Shown: one piece after another, positions 1 through 11,536 of the stretch
Numbering within the stretch: the first letter of the stretch is position 1
Layout: the number at the start of each line of letters is the position of its first letter
NCBI GenBank assembly: GCA_963667845.2
Contig: CAXXVL010000002.1
Location: forward strand, 384,001-448,000
Source of the DNA: Smithellaceae bacterium
Lineage (GTDB): Bacteria > Desulfobacterota > Syntrophia > Syntrophales > Smithellaceae
Length of the DNA: 64,000 nt
Direction: 5' to 3'
The notes under the pieces: model-generated
What the model saw: only the letters and a program-made list of their open reading frames with translations
Database searches by the model: none
Told to the model about the DNA's origin: nothing
Made by a program: the position numbers and the translations under genes

Positions 1-1
1 C

Positions 2-655
2 GGTCAGGGCGGCCTGGTCGGGCCATTGCGCATCGGATACGGTAATGTCGTGGCGGCAGGCTCCGTGCTGCGACGAGACTATCTTGAAGACAATCAATTG
101 ATCTTTGATCCGCCGCCGCACCCGCGTACCATAGATTTCATTCCTGCGGCTTATCCTCATCTTCGGCGCGTTCTGGACAATAACATCTTTTACCTCGCCA
201 ATATCAAAGCCCTGGAAGCATGGTATGCGCATGTGAGAAAGCCTTTTTTTGAAGTCCAGGAATTTGGTTCACTCCTTTGCAGCGGTGCGCTGGCGCAACT
301 TGCCGGGGCAGAAAAAGAACGTCTGCAGCGACTGAAAGCGATGGTTGAAAAGGCGGCATCCCCGTCCCTGAATCAGACGATGCCGGGAAGGATCGACGAA
401 AGGCGAGCTTTTAGCGAACGCTTCTCAGATATCGAAAATGCGTTCCGTGAACCAATACAGGACAACAACATCGAAAGAGCCCGGGACTTATTCCTTGGCT
501 ACATCGCGAAGCCTGATAAAATTTTCACTACACCCTATGTCGACGCCATCCGGAATCTTCCGCCTGACGCGGTTACAAGCGGCGTCAAATGGCTTCATGG
601 CATTGTGGATTATTATTGCCAAAGAGCCTCATCAATGCTATCCTTTTCCCGTTAA
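2..655 (+). CDS. 5'-truncated GlmU-related protein (deltaproteobacterial UDP-N-acetylglucosamine pyrophosphorylase-like), C-terminal part
   Basis: Frame is open from the window edge (GQGGLVGPLRIGYGNVVAAGSVLR, resembling a left-handed beta-helix segment) and lies directly upstream of glmM. Confidence 0.5.
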   Translation, partial: GQGGLVGPLRIGYGNVVAAGSVLRRDYLEDNQLIFDPPPHPRTIDFIPAAYPHLRRVLDNNIFYLANIKALEAWYAHVRKPFFEVQEFGSLLCSGALAQLAGAEKERLQRLKAMVEKAASPSLNQTMPGRIDERRAFSERFSDIENAFREPIQDNNIERARDLFLGYIAKPDKIFTTPYVDAIRNLPPDAVTSGVKWLHGIVDYYCQRASSMLSFSR

Positions 656-685
656 TTCAAGATATCTTCGCTCGGGATAATGGAC

Positions 686-2035
686 ATGGGTAAGTTATTC
701 GGAACCGACGGAATCAGAGGAGAGGCAAACCGCTTTCCGGTGAATGCGGAGATCGCCTTCAAAGTCGGTCAAACCGTCGCATATCTGTTCAAAAGAAACA
801 GCCACCGGGCCCGAGTGATTATCGGGAAAGATACGCGTATCTCCGGTTATATGCTGGAAAGCTCACTGGAGGCCGGTATTACCTCCATGGGAGGTGAACC
901 CTATCTGGTCGGTGTCCTGCCGACCCCCGGGATCGCCTTTATCACGCAGAGCATGCGCGCGGACGCCGGTATCGTCATTTCCGCCTCGCACAATCCCTAT
1001 CAGGATAACGGACTGAAAATTTTCGATGCCAACGGGTTCAAACTGACCGACGCGCAGGAGAATGCCATCGAAGACATGATTCTGGGCGATAAACTTGCCG
1101 AGCTTCTGCCTCACGCAAAAGCAATGGGAAAAGCGTTTCGCATGGATGACATCCGCGGCCGATATATCGTTTTCCTGAAAAATTCTTTTCCCCGCAACCT
1201 GTCGATGGAATCCATGAAGATTGTCCTGGATACATCCAACGGCGCCACGTATCGGGTCGCACCCGACGCCTTTCTGGAACTCGGCGCCGACGTTGAAGTG
1301 ATTCACAACACCCCCAACGGCTTTAATATCAACGACGGGTGCGGATCTCAGCACACGGAGGATCTGAGGCATACCGTTCTTAAAAGCGGGGCGGCCATCG
1401 GACTCGCTTTTGACGGCGACGGGGACCGGCTGATCGCCGTGGATGAAAAAGGAAACGAAATCAGCGGAGATCAGATACTCATCATCTGCGCCTACATCCT
1501 GAAAAAAGAAGGCCTTTTAAGAAATGATCTCCTCGTGAGCACCGTCATGAGTAATCTGGGGTTGAGGGTCGCCTGCAAGAAATACGGATTCCGGCATCAT
1601 GCATCCAATGTCGGCGATCGGTATGTCCTGGCCGATATGCTGCGCCTCAAAGCCATCATCGGAGGCGAAGACGCCGGGCATATGATATTCCTCGAACATC
1701 ATAAGACGGGAGACGGCATCATAGCGGCCATGCAGCTCATTGCCGCGATGCTCAAAGAAGGCAAACCGCTGTCCGAACTTTCACATCTGATGGATGTTTT
1801 TCCACAGAAACTGATCAATATCAATGTGGGCAGCAAACCGGAAATTACCGACCGTCCCCGGATCATGGAGAGTATCCGTGAAGTGGAAAGTGCATTGGGC
1901 GATGAAGGGCGGGTTCTGGTCAGATACTCCGGCACTCAAAACATGTGCCGCGTTATGGTGGAAGGTCCGTCGCGTGAACTCACGGAAAAATATTGCCAGC
2001 AGATCGCTGACGTGGTAAAAAGCGACATCGGTTGA
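686..2035 (+). CDS. glmM: phosphoglucosamine mutase
   Basis: LFGTDGIRG N-terminus, ISASHNP phosphoserine loop, DGDGDR metal loop, VRYSGT. Alternative start at 680. Confidence 0.95.
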   Translation: MGKLFGTDGIRGEANRFPVNAEIAFKVGQTVAYLFKRNSHRARVIIGKDTRISGYMLESSLEAGITSMGGEPYLVGVLPTPGIAFITQSMRADAGIVISASHNPYQDNGLKIFDANGFKLTDAQENAIEDMILGDKLAELLPHAKAMGKAFRMDDIRGRYIVFLKNSFPRNLSMESMKIVLDTSNGATYRVAPDAFLELGADVEVIHNTPNGFNINDGCGSQHTEDLRHTVLKSGAAIGLAFDGDGDRLIAVDEKGNEISGDQILIICAYILKKEGLLRNDLLVSTVMSNLGLRVACKKYGFRHHASNVGDRYVLADMLRLKAIIGGEDAGHMIFLEHHKTGDGIIAAMQLIAAMLKEGKPLSELSHLMDVFPQKLININVGSKPEITDRPRIMESIREVESALGDEGRVLVRYSGTQNMCRVMVEGPSRELTEKYCQQIADVVKSDIG

Positions 2036-2063
2036 TCGTGGTCTTAAATTCGGATCCCGTTAG

Positions 2064-3788
<1,725 letters not shown>

Positions 3789-3808
3789 AGGGTTCCTGGA
3801 ATTGAACG

Positions 3809-5653
3809 TCAGGAGGCAGGTGGAGTGAAAGGGATGGTGATTTTATAAACGCCGCCGGACAGAACCGTCTGTACCGGATAGGGCGCCTTTTCGTAAACTT
3901 TCAACATGGCCCTGTTGTTTTCCAGGACATCGGCCTTCAGTCCGACAATGCCTTCTTCCCGCGCCGCGCGAATCAGAAGATTGAAAAGATACGTTGAGAT
4001 ACCCATCCCCTGATATTGCTCATCCACGATGAACGCGCTATCGGCATAGGGATCTCCCTGCGACCGGGCATAGCGGGCCTCGCCGATGATCTTTTCCAGA
4101 CCGGACTCGTCAATGATGGCCACAATGGACATGGTATAACGGTAATCCACATTGACATATTCCTGCATCTTTTTATGGGGCATGGTCTTGATCGGGCTGA
4201 AATAACGGTAATAGACCGACTGATCGGAAAACCGGTAAAACAGCCGGCGCATCTCCTCTTCATCGGATGGCTTGATCGCCCGGAAACGGACGACCAGACT
4301 GTCTTTGAATCTGTGCGAGCAGCCGATCTTGTCCGGATAAAGATGGCCGGATTCGGCAAAATAGATTTGATCGGCGTAGATCATTTTCGCCTCTTTGGCC
4401 TGCCTGACCAGCTCAGCGCGATCGTCGGGATGCGCTATTTCAATGAGCGCCTGCGCGCGTTCACGCAGCGTCTTTCCCATCAGATAAGCAACGCCATACT
4501 CGGTCACCACGACATCCATGGATTCACGATTGGTAAACTGAAAAGGATATTTATCCAGGGAAGGAAGGATATTGGGTTGACCCTTGCGGTTACGGCTGGG
4601 CAGTGCAAACACCGTCCGGCCGCTTTTGGAAAGAGCGGCCCCCATAAAGAGCTCCAGGACGTTGCCGGGGCCTGCGGTGACATTACCTTTGCCGGTGTGC
4701 AGCGCGACATCGCCGGTCAAGTCTACTTTTCTTGCCGGGAAAATGGCCACCATGTTGTCATTGCGGCCGATCACCCGCGGATCCATGACGATATCCTGCG
4801 GCTGAAATTCAACGAGCGAATTCAGATCCAGCCAGGACATCAGCTCCTTGGTGCCGAGGACATGGGATGCACAGGATTTGCCTCGAAAAATGCTTTTATA
4901 ACGATTGGTCACCGCGCCGCTTTTCACCAGGTCCATCAGGGCATCGGTAAAAAAAGGCGAATGCACACCCAGATTTTTCTTCGTCGCCAGCGTTTTGGCC
5001 AGCGCTTCATAGAGCGGTCCGATGCCGTAGGAAATACAATTGCCGTCCTGAATAACGGACGCAACATTAACGGCAATTTTCAGATAAACATCCTGAAGCG
5101 GCCAGCGCCGCACATAATAGGGAGGCTCGGTCCCCTCGACCAGATAGTGAAAATCATCCATATTCACCAGCGTATCGCCCATGGTCCGGGGAATCCGGTC
5201 ATTGATTTCGCCGACGATGATCTTCGCCATTTCCATGGCCTGCCGTTCCACGGACGCACCTACCAGATAAGCGTATCCGTTATCATCGGGCGGCGTCACC
5301 TGAATAAATGCCACATCAATATTGATGGCCCCGGATTGAAAGAGCCACGGCACCCGTGAAAAACGGCTGGGGATCAGATCAACGCGCCCCTGGCTGATGG
5401 CGTCGGAGGCAATCCAGCCGGAGAAAAATGTCTTCAAACGAAATTTCCGGGCGTAGCGTTCATCAATGGCCACGGCGTCACCCAGGCTGACCAGTTGAAT
5501 CAGCTCCAGATCCTGGAGGTTAAACTGATCGGACTCCATGAGGTGTTTAACCAGCGTGCGGGGTTCGGCCATGCCCGTTCCGAGAAAAATACTCATGCCC
5601 GGATCAATCTTATCCAGCACATCCTTGGGTGATACAATTTTCTGCTTCCACAT
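3809..5653 (-). CDS. acetyl-CoA hydrolase/transferase-like domain fused to a C-terminal GNAT acetyltransferase
   Basis: VVVTEYGVAYLMGKTLRERAQALIEIAHPDDR (family I CoA-transferase C-terminus) followed by a GNAT with YQGMGI motif A. The ORF track start is 5779; MWKQKIV at 5653 looks more plausible. Confidence 0.85.
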   Translation of the reverse strand: MWKQKIVSPKDVLDKIDPGMSIFLGTGMAEPRTLVKHLMESDQFNLQDLELIQLVSLGDAVAIDERYARKFRLKTFFSGWIASDAISQGRVDLIPSRFSRVPWLFQSGAINIDVAFIQVTPPDDNGYAYLVGASVERQAMEMAKIIVGEINDRIPRTMGDTLVNMDDFHYLVEGTEPPYYVRRWPLQDVYLKIAVNVASVIQDGNCISYGIGPLYEALAKTLATKKNLGVHSPFFTDALMDLVKSGAVTNRYKSIFRGKSCASHVLGTKELMSWLDLNSLVEFQPQDIVMDPRVIGRNDNMVAIFPARKVDLTGDVALHTGKGNVTAGPGNVLELFMGAALSKSGRTVFALPSRNRKGQPNILPSLDKYPFQFTNRESMDVVVTEYGVAYLMGKTLRERAQALIEIAHPDDRAELVRQAKEAKMIYADQIYFAESGHLYPDKIGCSHRFKDSLVVRFRAIKPSDEEEMRRLFYRFSDQSVYYRYFSPIKTMPHKKMQEYVNVDYRYTMSIVAIIDESGLEKIIGEARYARSQGDPYADSAFIVDEQYQGMGISTYLFNLLIRAAREEGIVGLKADVLENNRAMLKVYEKAPYPVQTVLSGGVYKITIPFTPPAS

Positions 5654-5841
5654 AATTTCTTGCCCATCGCTACTCGGAATGTTTTCAGAAACCGCTGTGC
5701 TCAGGTTTTTCTTTCTGTTACGTCCACAAAGTGTTTTTCGAACTTTACGGTATAAAGATCTTGCCTTGCCTTCAGTCATGATGGCCGCGCCTCATGCCGA
5801 TACCGGATGGGGACAGCCGACGAGAATTCATTTGCGGAATA

Positions 5842-7035
5842 TCAATCAAACATTTCCTTGTCCCGCCGGTACCAGTAATCGGGGAAAAGACGATACATGA
5901 CCCTGGAGAAGGGACCGATGTATTCATTCTTCCTTTTATCGAACTGACAGGCATGAATGATCATGTCTTTAATCGCTTCCTTGGTGCCCCCTTTGTTAAA
6001 TATCGTGTAAGCGCACGAAAAAAGCGGGCTATACATATTTTTCTTTTCCAGGTATTTATAGACGTTGCGAATCGTGTTGGGGCCTTCCGGCGTGCCGTCA
6101 ATCCTGCCGAGCACCCGGAGATTGGTTTCAATGGGATTACCGCTGTAGAGCTCATAAAAATGCTTCCCGTAGCGGTAATTCTTACTGGCCAGGGAAGAAA
6201 CCGTGACATACATATCGCCGACACCGGCCTGAGAATGAAACGCCTGAAAACTCCCTCCTAAAAGGCGGGTGAGCGATCGGATTTCGACGCCGGCTCGGGC
6301 GAAGATGGTGCCTGGTATTGAATCTCCCAGGTCCAGCGAATCCGTCAGGCCCTTAATGTTGGCAACGATGTTCTTCAACGCGCCGCAGGCTTCCACGCCG
6401 ATCTTATCAAAATTGTAATAGGCATAGAGTTCCTTGCGGTTGAACATCAGCAGATAATCGCGAATAATATTAGCCGTGCGCCGGTTCCCCGCTACGGTCA
6501 GACAAACCGGCTTGCCCAGTGCGATGTCCATGTCAAAAAAAGGTCCGCCGATACAGGCCACCTGATACTTATGCTCCAGATTATACAAATGATTGTGAAT
6601 CAGTTGAGACGGCGTGATCAATTCGGTGGATATTTCGTCGGATTTTAATCCCTTGATCGGCGAAATCAGGCAGGTATCCCCGGCCTTCTTATCAATCATC
6701 GGCTTCAGATAATTGAGCAATTCCGGCAACCGATTCATGGTGACGGACAGAATAATGAAATCGTTATTTTCGACAATATGCTCCAGGTCGTTTGTGGCAT
6801 AGACCTTCGGCGACAGGCGCGGAACCTTATCCATGCCGCCCATCCGCTTGGCCAGATCTTCAGTTAAGTGAATAGGATTTAAGCGATCCCGATTGATGGC
6901 CTTGCACACGTCCGAGTTGTGGTAATAGATGGCGACCCGTTTATTGTCACGTCCCAATTTGTAAGCGAACGATGTACCCAAACGTCCCGGTCCGATAATG
7001 GCGACTCTCGTGGTATCTAAATTGGAAACGATCAT
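5842..7035 (-). CDS. NAD(P)H-dependent glycerol-3-phosphate dehydrogenase family protein (divergent GpsA-like)
   Basis: GPGRLG Rossmann motif, IKGL, GVEACGALKN, AGVGDMYVT, TPEG. Confidence 0.75.
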   Translation of the reverse strand: MIVSNLDTTRVAIIGPGRLGTSFAYKLGRDNKRVAIYYHNSDVCKAINRDRLNPIHLTEDLAKRMGGMDKVPRLSPKVYATNDLEHIVENNDFIILSVTMNRLPELLNYLKPMIDKKAGDTCLISPIKGLKSDEISTELITPSQLIHNHLYNLEHKYQVACIGGPFFDMDIALGKPVCLTVAGNRRTANIIRDYLLMFNRKELYAYYNFDKIGVEACGALKNIVANIKGLTDSLDLGDSIPGTIFARAGVEIRSLTRLLGGSFQAFHSQAGVGDMYVTVSSLASKNYRYGKHFYELYSGNPIETNLRVLGRIDGTPEGPNTIRNVYKYLEKKNMYSPLFSCAYTIFNKGGTKEAIKDMIIHACQFDKRKNEYIGPFSRVMYRLFPDYWYRRDKEMFD

Positions 7036-7068
7036 TCCTCATCACTCTTCATTAAAAATTATGGACTT

Positions 7069-7098
7069 ATTATAGGGAAGTCATCGTCCACATGTCAA
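7069..7098 (-). promoter_or_regulatory. sigma70-type promoter for the GpsA-like gene
   Basis: Minus strand reads TTGACA-N18-TATAAT (both hexamers consensus), 33 nt upstream of the start codon. Confidence 0.7.
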
Positions 7099-7322
7099 AC
7101 CCTATTAGCCTTTTTGAAAAAAGTAAAATAAAATTTACCGGAAAACGGTGATTTTTAGTTGCATTATCCCCGAGGATTGTTTAAAAAATGAGGACTTCAT
7201 CGAAAGAACGAGACTGATATAAAATTCAACAGATGAGTCTTCCCCTGGAGGCGATACCGGCAACTGTCCAGTCTGTAGCTTGGGGAGAAATTCCGCACGA
7301 CACTTGAGGCAAATAAAATCTT

Positions 7323-7976
7323 ATGGCCCAGGAAGTAATTATTCACTATCCAAACGGAGCAATCAAAGAAAAAAAATATCTTGAGGACGGGAAAGTGGAA
7401 GGCGAGTATACAGCCTATTTCCCGGGCGGACAGATGATCACGCAGCTCCATTTTGTAAATGGCCGGCGAAACGGGCCCGCCGTCAGTTACTATTCCAATG
7501 GCCAGGTTCGAGAAAAAGCAAATTTTATCAACAACAAAATGGACGGCCCTTATATTTCCTATTTTGAAAATGGGCATGTACGGGAAGAGGAAAATTATCA
7601 AGACGGCAAACTGCACGGCCTTTACCGCCGCTACTTCAAAACGGGCGAACTGCGGGAAGAGGAAAATTTTCAAAATGGAAAGTTTGAAGGCCCCTACGCC
7701 GTTTATTATAAAAACGGGCAATTGAAGGAGAGCGGGTTTTTCAAGAACGATAAACGAGACGGCGACTACATTGCGTATTTCAAAAACGGGCGGGCCAAAG
7801 AGAAAGGAACCTACAAGAACGGCAATCTGGCGGGTACCTTTCTGACCTTTAACGAGAGTGGCGATCACAGGGATGAAGACGGCAGCGAAGACGCCGATTC
7901 GGCGCGCACCTGGGATGAGAAAGATGTCGCGAACTTGCTTGATGACCTGAGTCATTTTGACAAAAAGAAGAAATGA
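7323..7976 (+). CDS. MORN-variant (YwqK-like) repeat protein
   Basis: About seven 24-aa repeats of Y-x-N-G-x-x-R/K-E-x-x-x-F/Y-x-N/D-G-K-x-x-G, followed by an acidic tail. Confidence 0.8.
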   Translation: MAQEVIIHYPNGAIKEKKYLEDGKVEGEYTAYFPGGQMITQLHFVNGRRNGPAVSYYSNGQVREKANFINNKMDGPYISYFENGHVREEENYQDGKLHGLYRRYFKTGELREEENFQNGKFEGPYAVYYKNGQLKESGFFKNDKRDGDYIAYFKNGRAKEKGTYKNGNLAGTFLTFNESGDHRDEDGSEDADSARTWDEKDVANLLDDLSHFDKKKK

Positions 7977-8005
7977 TCAAAGCCGAGGATAAGGAGGCAA
8001 ACGCC

Positions 8006-8845
8006 ATGATCAAGACCATACTCATTCCGGTTGATGGATCGCCCAACAGCGCCATAGCACTCGATTACGGAATCTATGTCGCACCGAAACTCGAGGCAAC
8101 AATCACGGGACTGCATGTCATCGATGTGTTTCTGATCCAGGGGCCGATGATGACCGATATTTCCGCCACCGTCGGTATGCCGCCCTATGATGGTTTTTTT
8201 GAGGCCGTCGAAACATCGTTGAAGGAAAAGGCTGATCTCCTGTTGAAAACGTTCGATGATCGTTGCCGAACGGCGGGCGTTCCCTGCGAGACAAAAAAGA
8301 ATATCGGCAAAATCAGCGATACTATTATTGAAGAAGCCGAAAATTCGGATTTGATCATCATGGCCAAGAAGGGCGAACACTTTCATTTAAAGGAAGGCGG
8401 CCTGATCGGGTCGGTCGCCGAAATCGTGATTCGTCGTTCCGGCAAACCGGTGATGGTCATTCCCGAAACCTTTCGAGAAATCGAAAGCATGGGACTGGCT
8501 TATGACGGCAGCGCTCCCGCCAAAAAAGCATTGGAGCTGTCTCTGAATATTTCTGAAAAAGCCAAGTGGCCCATCACCGTGCTGATCATCAATCCGGACA
8601 AGGCGAAGGCGGCGGATTTGTGCGCCCAGGTTGAAGACACGGCCCAGCAGGGGCTCGCCGATTGTGAAGTCATTATCTCCTCCGGAAAAGAAACGGATGA
8701 CATCCTCAAATTTATTCAGGAGGGAGCCGTCGAGTTGATGGTCATGGGTGCATACGGGCATAACCGTTTGCGAGAATGGCTTTTAGGCAGCACCACCGCA
8801 CACATCATCCACAAAAGCCCCATCCCCGTTTTATTGATACGCTGA
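8006..8845 (+). CDS. universal stress protein, tandem USP domains
   Basis: ILIPVDGS, GSVAEIVIRRSGKPV, AYDGS, MGAYGH, LLGSTT and PIPVLL motifs. AAGGAGG RBS before the ATG at 8006. Confidence 0.9.
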   Translation: MIKTILIPVDGSPNSAIALDYGIYVAPKLEATITGLHVIDVFLIQGPMMTDISATVGMPPYDGFFEAVETSLKEKADLLLKTFDDRCRTAGVPCETKKNIGKISDTIIEEAENSDLIIMAKKGEHFHLKEGGLIGSVAEIVIRRSGKPVMVIPETFREIESMGLAYDGSAPAKKALELSLNISEKAKWPITVLIINPDKAKAADLCAQVEDTAQQGLADCEVIISSGKETDDILKFIQEGAVELMVMGAYGHNRLREWLLGSTTAHIIHKSPIPVLLIR

Positions 8846-8870
8846 AAAATTCTGCCCCATGGAGGAAAAA

Positions 8871-10505
8871 ATGGATCAATTTGTTTCCATCAGTCCCGAC
8901 GGCATTCGTTATTCATTGCCCAAGCCGGAAGATTACAAAAGCGAAATCGCTCGCATAGAAAAACTGGTCGTTCGGGCACGGAAAAAGGGTCAGGAGATTG
9001 TTGTCGTTATGGGAGTGGGCTTTGTAGGCTCCGTCATGGCGGCCATCATCGCCGATACGACTACGAAGAGGGGCAAGTCAGGCAAGTTTGTCATCGGTAT
9101 GCAACGGCCCAGTACGAGAAGTTACTGGAAGATCCCCAAACTCAACGAGGGCATTTCGCCGGTTAAGGCGGAGGATCCGGAAGTCGACCCCATGATCAGA
9201 CGCTGTGTTCTGGACAAAAAGACTCTTGTGGCGACCTTTGTTTATGACGTCCTTAAATTCGCCGATATAGCGGTTGTTGATGTTCAGCTGGATTATGCCA
9301 AGAATGAACTGGGCAATGTCAAAAACGGTCATGTCGAAATGTCCGCACTGGAAGAGTCTTTCGACATCATCGCCCATCACATCCCTGCCCATTGCCTGGT
9401 CCTCATCGAAACGACCGTCGCGCCGGGGACGACGGAGCAGGTCGCGCTTCCGGCGATGAGAAAGATCTTCCGCCAGCGCGGTATCACGACTGACCCGCTC
9501 ATTGCCCACAGCTACGAGCGCGTCATGCCGGGACGGGACTATGTGGCCTCGATTCGCGATTTCTGGCGAGTATGTTCCGGCGTTAATGAAGAAGCCAAAC
9601 GAAGAGTCGTCAAATTTTTAAACGAAGTGCTCAATACGGAAAAATTCCCCCTCACCGTATTGGATCGGCCTATTGAATCGGAGACGGCCAAGGTTGTGGA
9701 AAACAGCTACCGTGCGACCATTCTCGCTTTCCTGGATGAATGGAGTCTCTTTGCCGAGAGAAACGGCGTCGATCTTGTCAAGGTGATCAAGGCCATCAAA
9801 GTGAGGCCGACCCATTCGAACATGATTTTCCCGGGACCCGGCATCGGCGGCTACTGCCTGCCGAAGGATGGTGGCCTGGGGGTGTGGGCTAACCGTCACA
9901 TTCTCGGCTTTGAAGACGATACATTCAAGATGACCCCGCTGGCCATTGACATCAATGATACCCGATCCCTCCATGCCGCCCAGCTCGTCCGTGATGCCTT
10001 GCGGAATATGAGTCTGCCCATCGCCAGTGCGGAAGTACTCATTCTGGGTGCATCTTATCGTGAGGACGTCGGCGATACCCGCTACAGCGGCTCCGAAATT
10101 CTGATCCGCAGATTGACGGAGATGGGTGCTGAAATCCGAGTGCACGATCCCTATGTGGACAAATGGTTTGAATTTGAGAATCAGGAAGAATATGCCGCAA
10201 GCAGCAAGTCTGTCTTTTTCCGCAACCAGAAAAAACTGAAAGATTTACGCGTCCAGAAAGATCTGAACAAATCTCTGATGAACATCGACGCGCTGGTGCT
10301 GGCCGTTCGGCATGAAGCTTATCTCAAGCTGGATCCGGCCAAAATCGTCAGGGCCGCCGGCCACCCGATCGCCATCATTGACTGCTTCGGCATTCTCGAT
10401 GACGACCGTATCCGGCAATACCTCGCACTCGGTTGCGATGTTAAAGGTCTCGGCCGCGGGCATATCAAGCGGCTGAAGGACCAGGTCAGCAAGAGAGGAA
10501 TCTGA
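8871..10505 (+). CDS. nucleotide-sugar dehydrogenase (UDP-glucose/GDP-mannose dehydrogenase family)
   Basis: GVGFVG, ETTVAPGTT, ERVMPG, AKVVENSYR and GIGGYCLPKD with the catalytic Cys. GGAGG RBS at 8861. Confidence 0.88.
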   Translation: MDQFVSISPDGIRYSLPKPEDYKSEIARIEKLVVRARKKGQEIVVVMGVGFVGSVMAAIIADTTTKRGKSGKFVIGMQRPSTRSYWKIPKLNEGISPVKAEDPEVDPMIRRCVLDKKTLVATFVYDVLKFADIAVVDVQLDYAKNELGNVKNGHVEMSALEESFDIIAHHIPAHCLVLIETTVAPGTTEQVALPAMRKIFRQRGITTDPLIAHSYERVMPGRDYVASIRDFWRVCSGVNEEAKRRVVKFLNEVLNTEKFPLTVLDRPIESETAKVVENSYRATILAFLDEWSLFAERNGVDLVKVIKAIKVRPTHSNMIFPGPGIGGYCLPKDGGLGVWANRHILGFEDDTFKMTPLAIDINDTRSLHAAQLVRDALRNMSLPIASAEVLILGASYREDVGDTRYSGSEILIRRLTEMGAEIRVHDPYVDKWFEFENQEEYAASSKSVFFRNQKKLKDLRVQKDLNKSLMNIDALVLAVRHEAYLKLDPAKIVRAAGHPIAIIDCFGILDDDRIRQYLALGCDVKGLGRGHIKRLKDQVSKRGI

Positions 10506-10606
10506 ATCGCACTGTTTTTAGCGAAAACGTTCAATCCGTCCTGCGGTTACACCTGAGAATTGCGGTTTGGAAGCACAACCGGATAAATCGTTTCCGTGTG
10601 CGCCGT

Positions 10607-10667
10607 AATCAACCACCTCGCAGCAAGCGACAGGGAATTAGCGCTCGTCCCGTGTGAGCGGGATTAG
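10607..10667 (-). repeat. REP/MITE-like palindromic element, copy 1 (short form)
   Basis: Reverse complement ctaatcccgctcacacgggacgagcgctaattccctgtcgcttgctgcgaggtggttgatt matches the copies at 26671 and 33805. Overlaps the surE stop codon. Confidence 0.8.
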
Positions 10668-11425
10668 AAATGATCATCCATCAGGCTCTTCATTGGACCG
10701 AGCAAATCATAACGGGTCAAGTCATATTGAATCGGTGTGACAGTGATGTAGCCTTGTGCCAGAGCGCTGACATCCGTCTGCAAATCCGGGTCGGCCGTCA
10801 ATGATTCCCCGGAAATCCAGTAATAGATATTGCCCCGCGGGTCGGTGCGTTTTTCAAACGACTCGATAATATTGCCCTTGCCCTGCCGGACGACGGCAAT
10901 CCCCTTTATCTTTTCTTCCGGCAGAAAAGGAACATTCACATTAATCGCACTGCCTTGAAGCGATTGGCTTTTCTTAATCAACCGCACCATCTTGCGGGCA
11001 AACTTCGCAGCAAATGCAAAATCAGCTTCTTGATGCGTATCAAGGGAAACGGCCAGAGCAGGCACGCCCATGATGACCGCCTCCGTCGCCGCAGATACCG
11101 TGCCCGAGTAAATCAGATTAACACCGACATTGGCGCCGCGATTGATGCCGGAGACGACCAGATCCGGTACACGATCCGAAAGTTCTTTGATGCCGATCTT
11201 TACGCAGTCCGCAGGTGTGCCATAGACCGCATACCCCAGGAAGCCGCCGCCCTTTGTTGCACTGCGGACCATCAACGGCCGGAAAAGTGTAATGGCGTGC
11301 CCGACAGCACTCTGTTCTATTTCCGGCGCCACAATCAGACAGTCATCGTCTTTGGACAACTCATCATAAAGAGCGCCGAGACCCCGCGCATAAATCCCGT
11401 CATCATTGGTTAAAAGAATTCTCAT
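10664..11425 (-). CDS. surE: 5'/3'-nucleotidase SurE
   Basis: ILLTNDDG, GTPADCV, VVSGINRGANVG, YSGTVSAA. Confidence 0.96.
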   Translation of the reverse strand: MRILLTNDDGIYARGLGALYDELSKDDDCLIVAPEIEQSAVGHAITLFRPLMVRSATKGGGFLGYAVYGTPADCVKIGIKELSDRVPDLVVSGINRGANVGVNLIYSGTVSAATEAVIMGVPALAVSLDTHQEADFAFAAKFARKMVRLIKKSQSLQGSAINVNVPFLPEEKIKGIAVVRQGKGNIIESFEKRTDPRGNIYYWISGESLTADPDLQTDVSALAQGYITVTPIQYDLTRYDLLGPMKSLMDDHF

Positions 11426-11499
11426 ATTCAGTCCATACTAAAACACTACCGTCGCATTTCGTAAGTAACTCTGTTCCAACTTCTCAGCTCTTCGGATTT

Positions 11500-11534
11500 T
11501 TGTACCTTGTTCCTTGCGCCTTGAACCTGGAACT
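11500..11534 (-). repeat. heptamer tandem array (GGNNCAA family), 5 units
   Basis: ttgtacc ttgttcc ttgcgcc ttgaacc tggaact, directly 3' of the stop codon at 11537. Confidence 0.7.
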
Positions 11535-11536
11535 TC

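Noticed and set aside
7197..7320. Structured RNA upstream of the MORN gene
   Set aside because: Only a short TCCCC/GGGGA pairing; no recognisable riboswitch or tRNA features.
7323..7976. Toxin-antitoxin system (YwqK label)
   Set aside because: No toxin gene adjacent; MORN-variant repeats alone do not imply a TA system.
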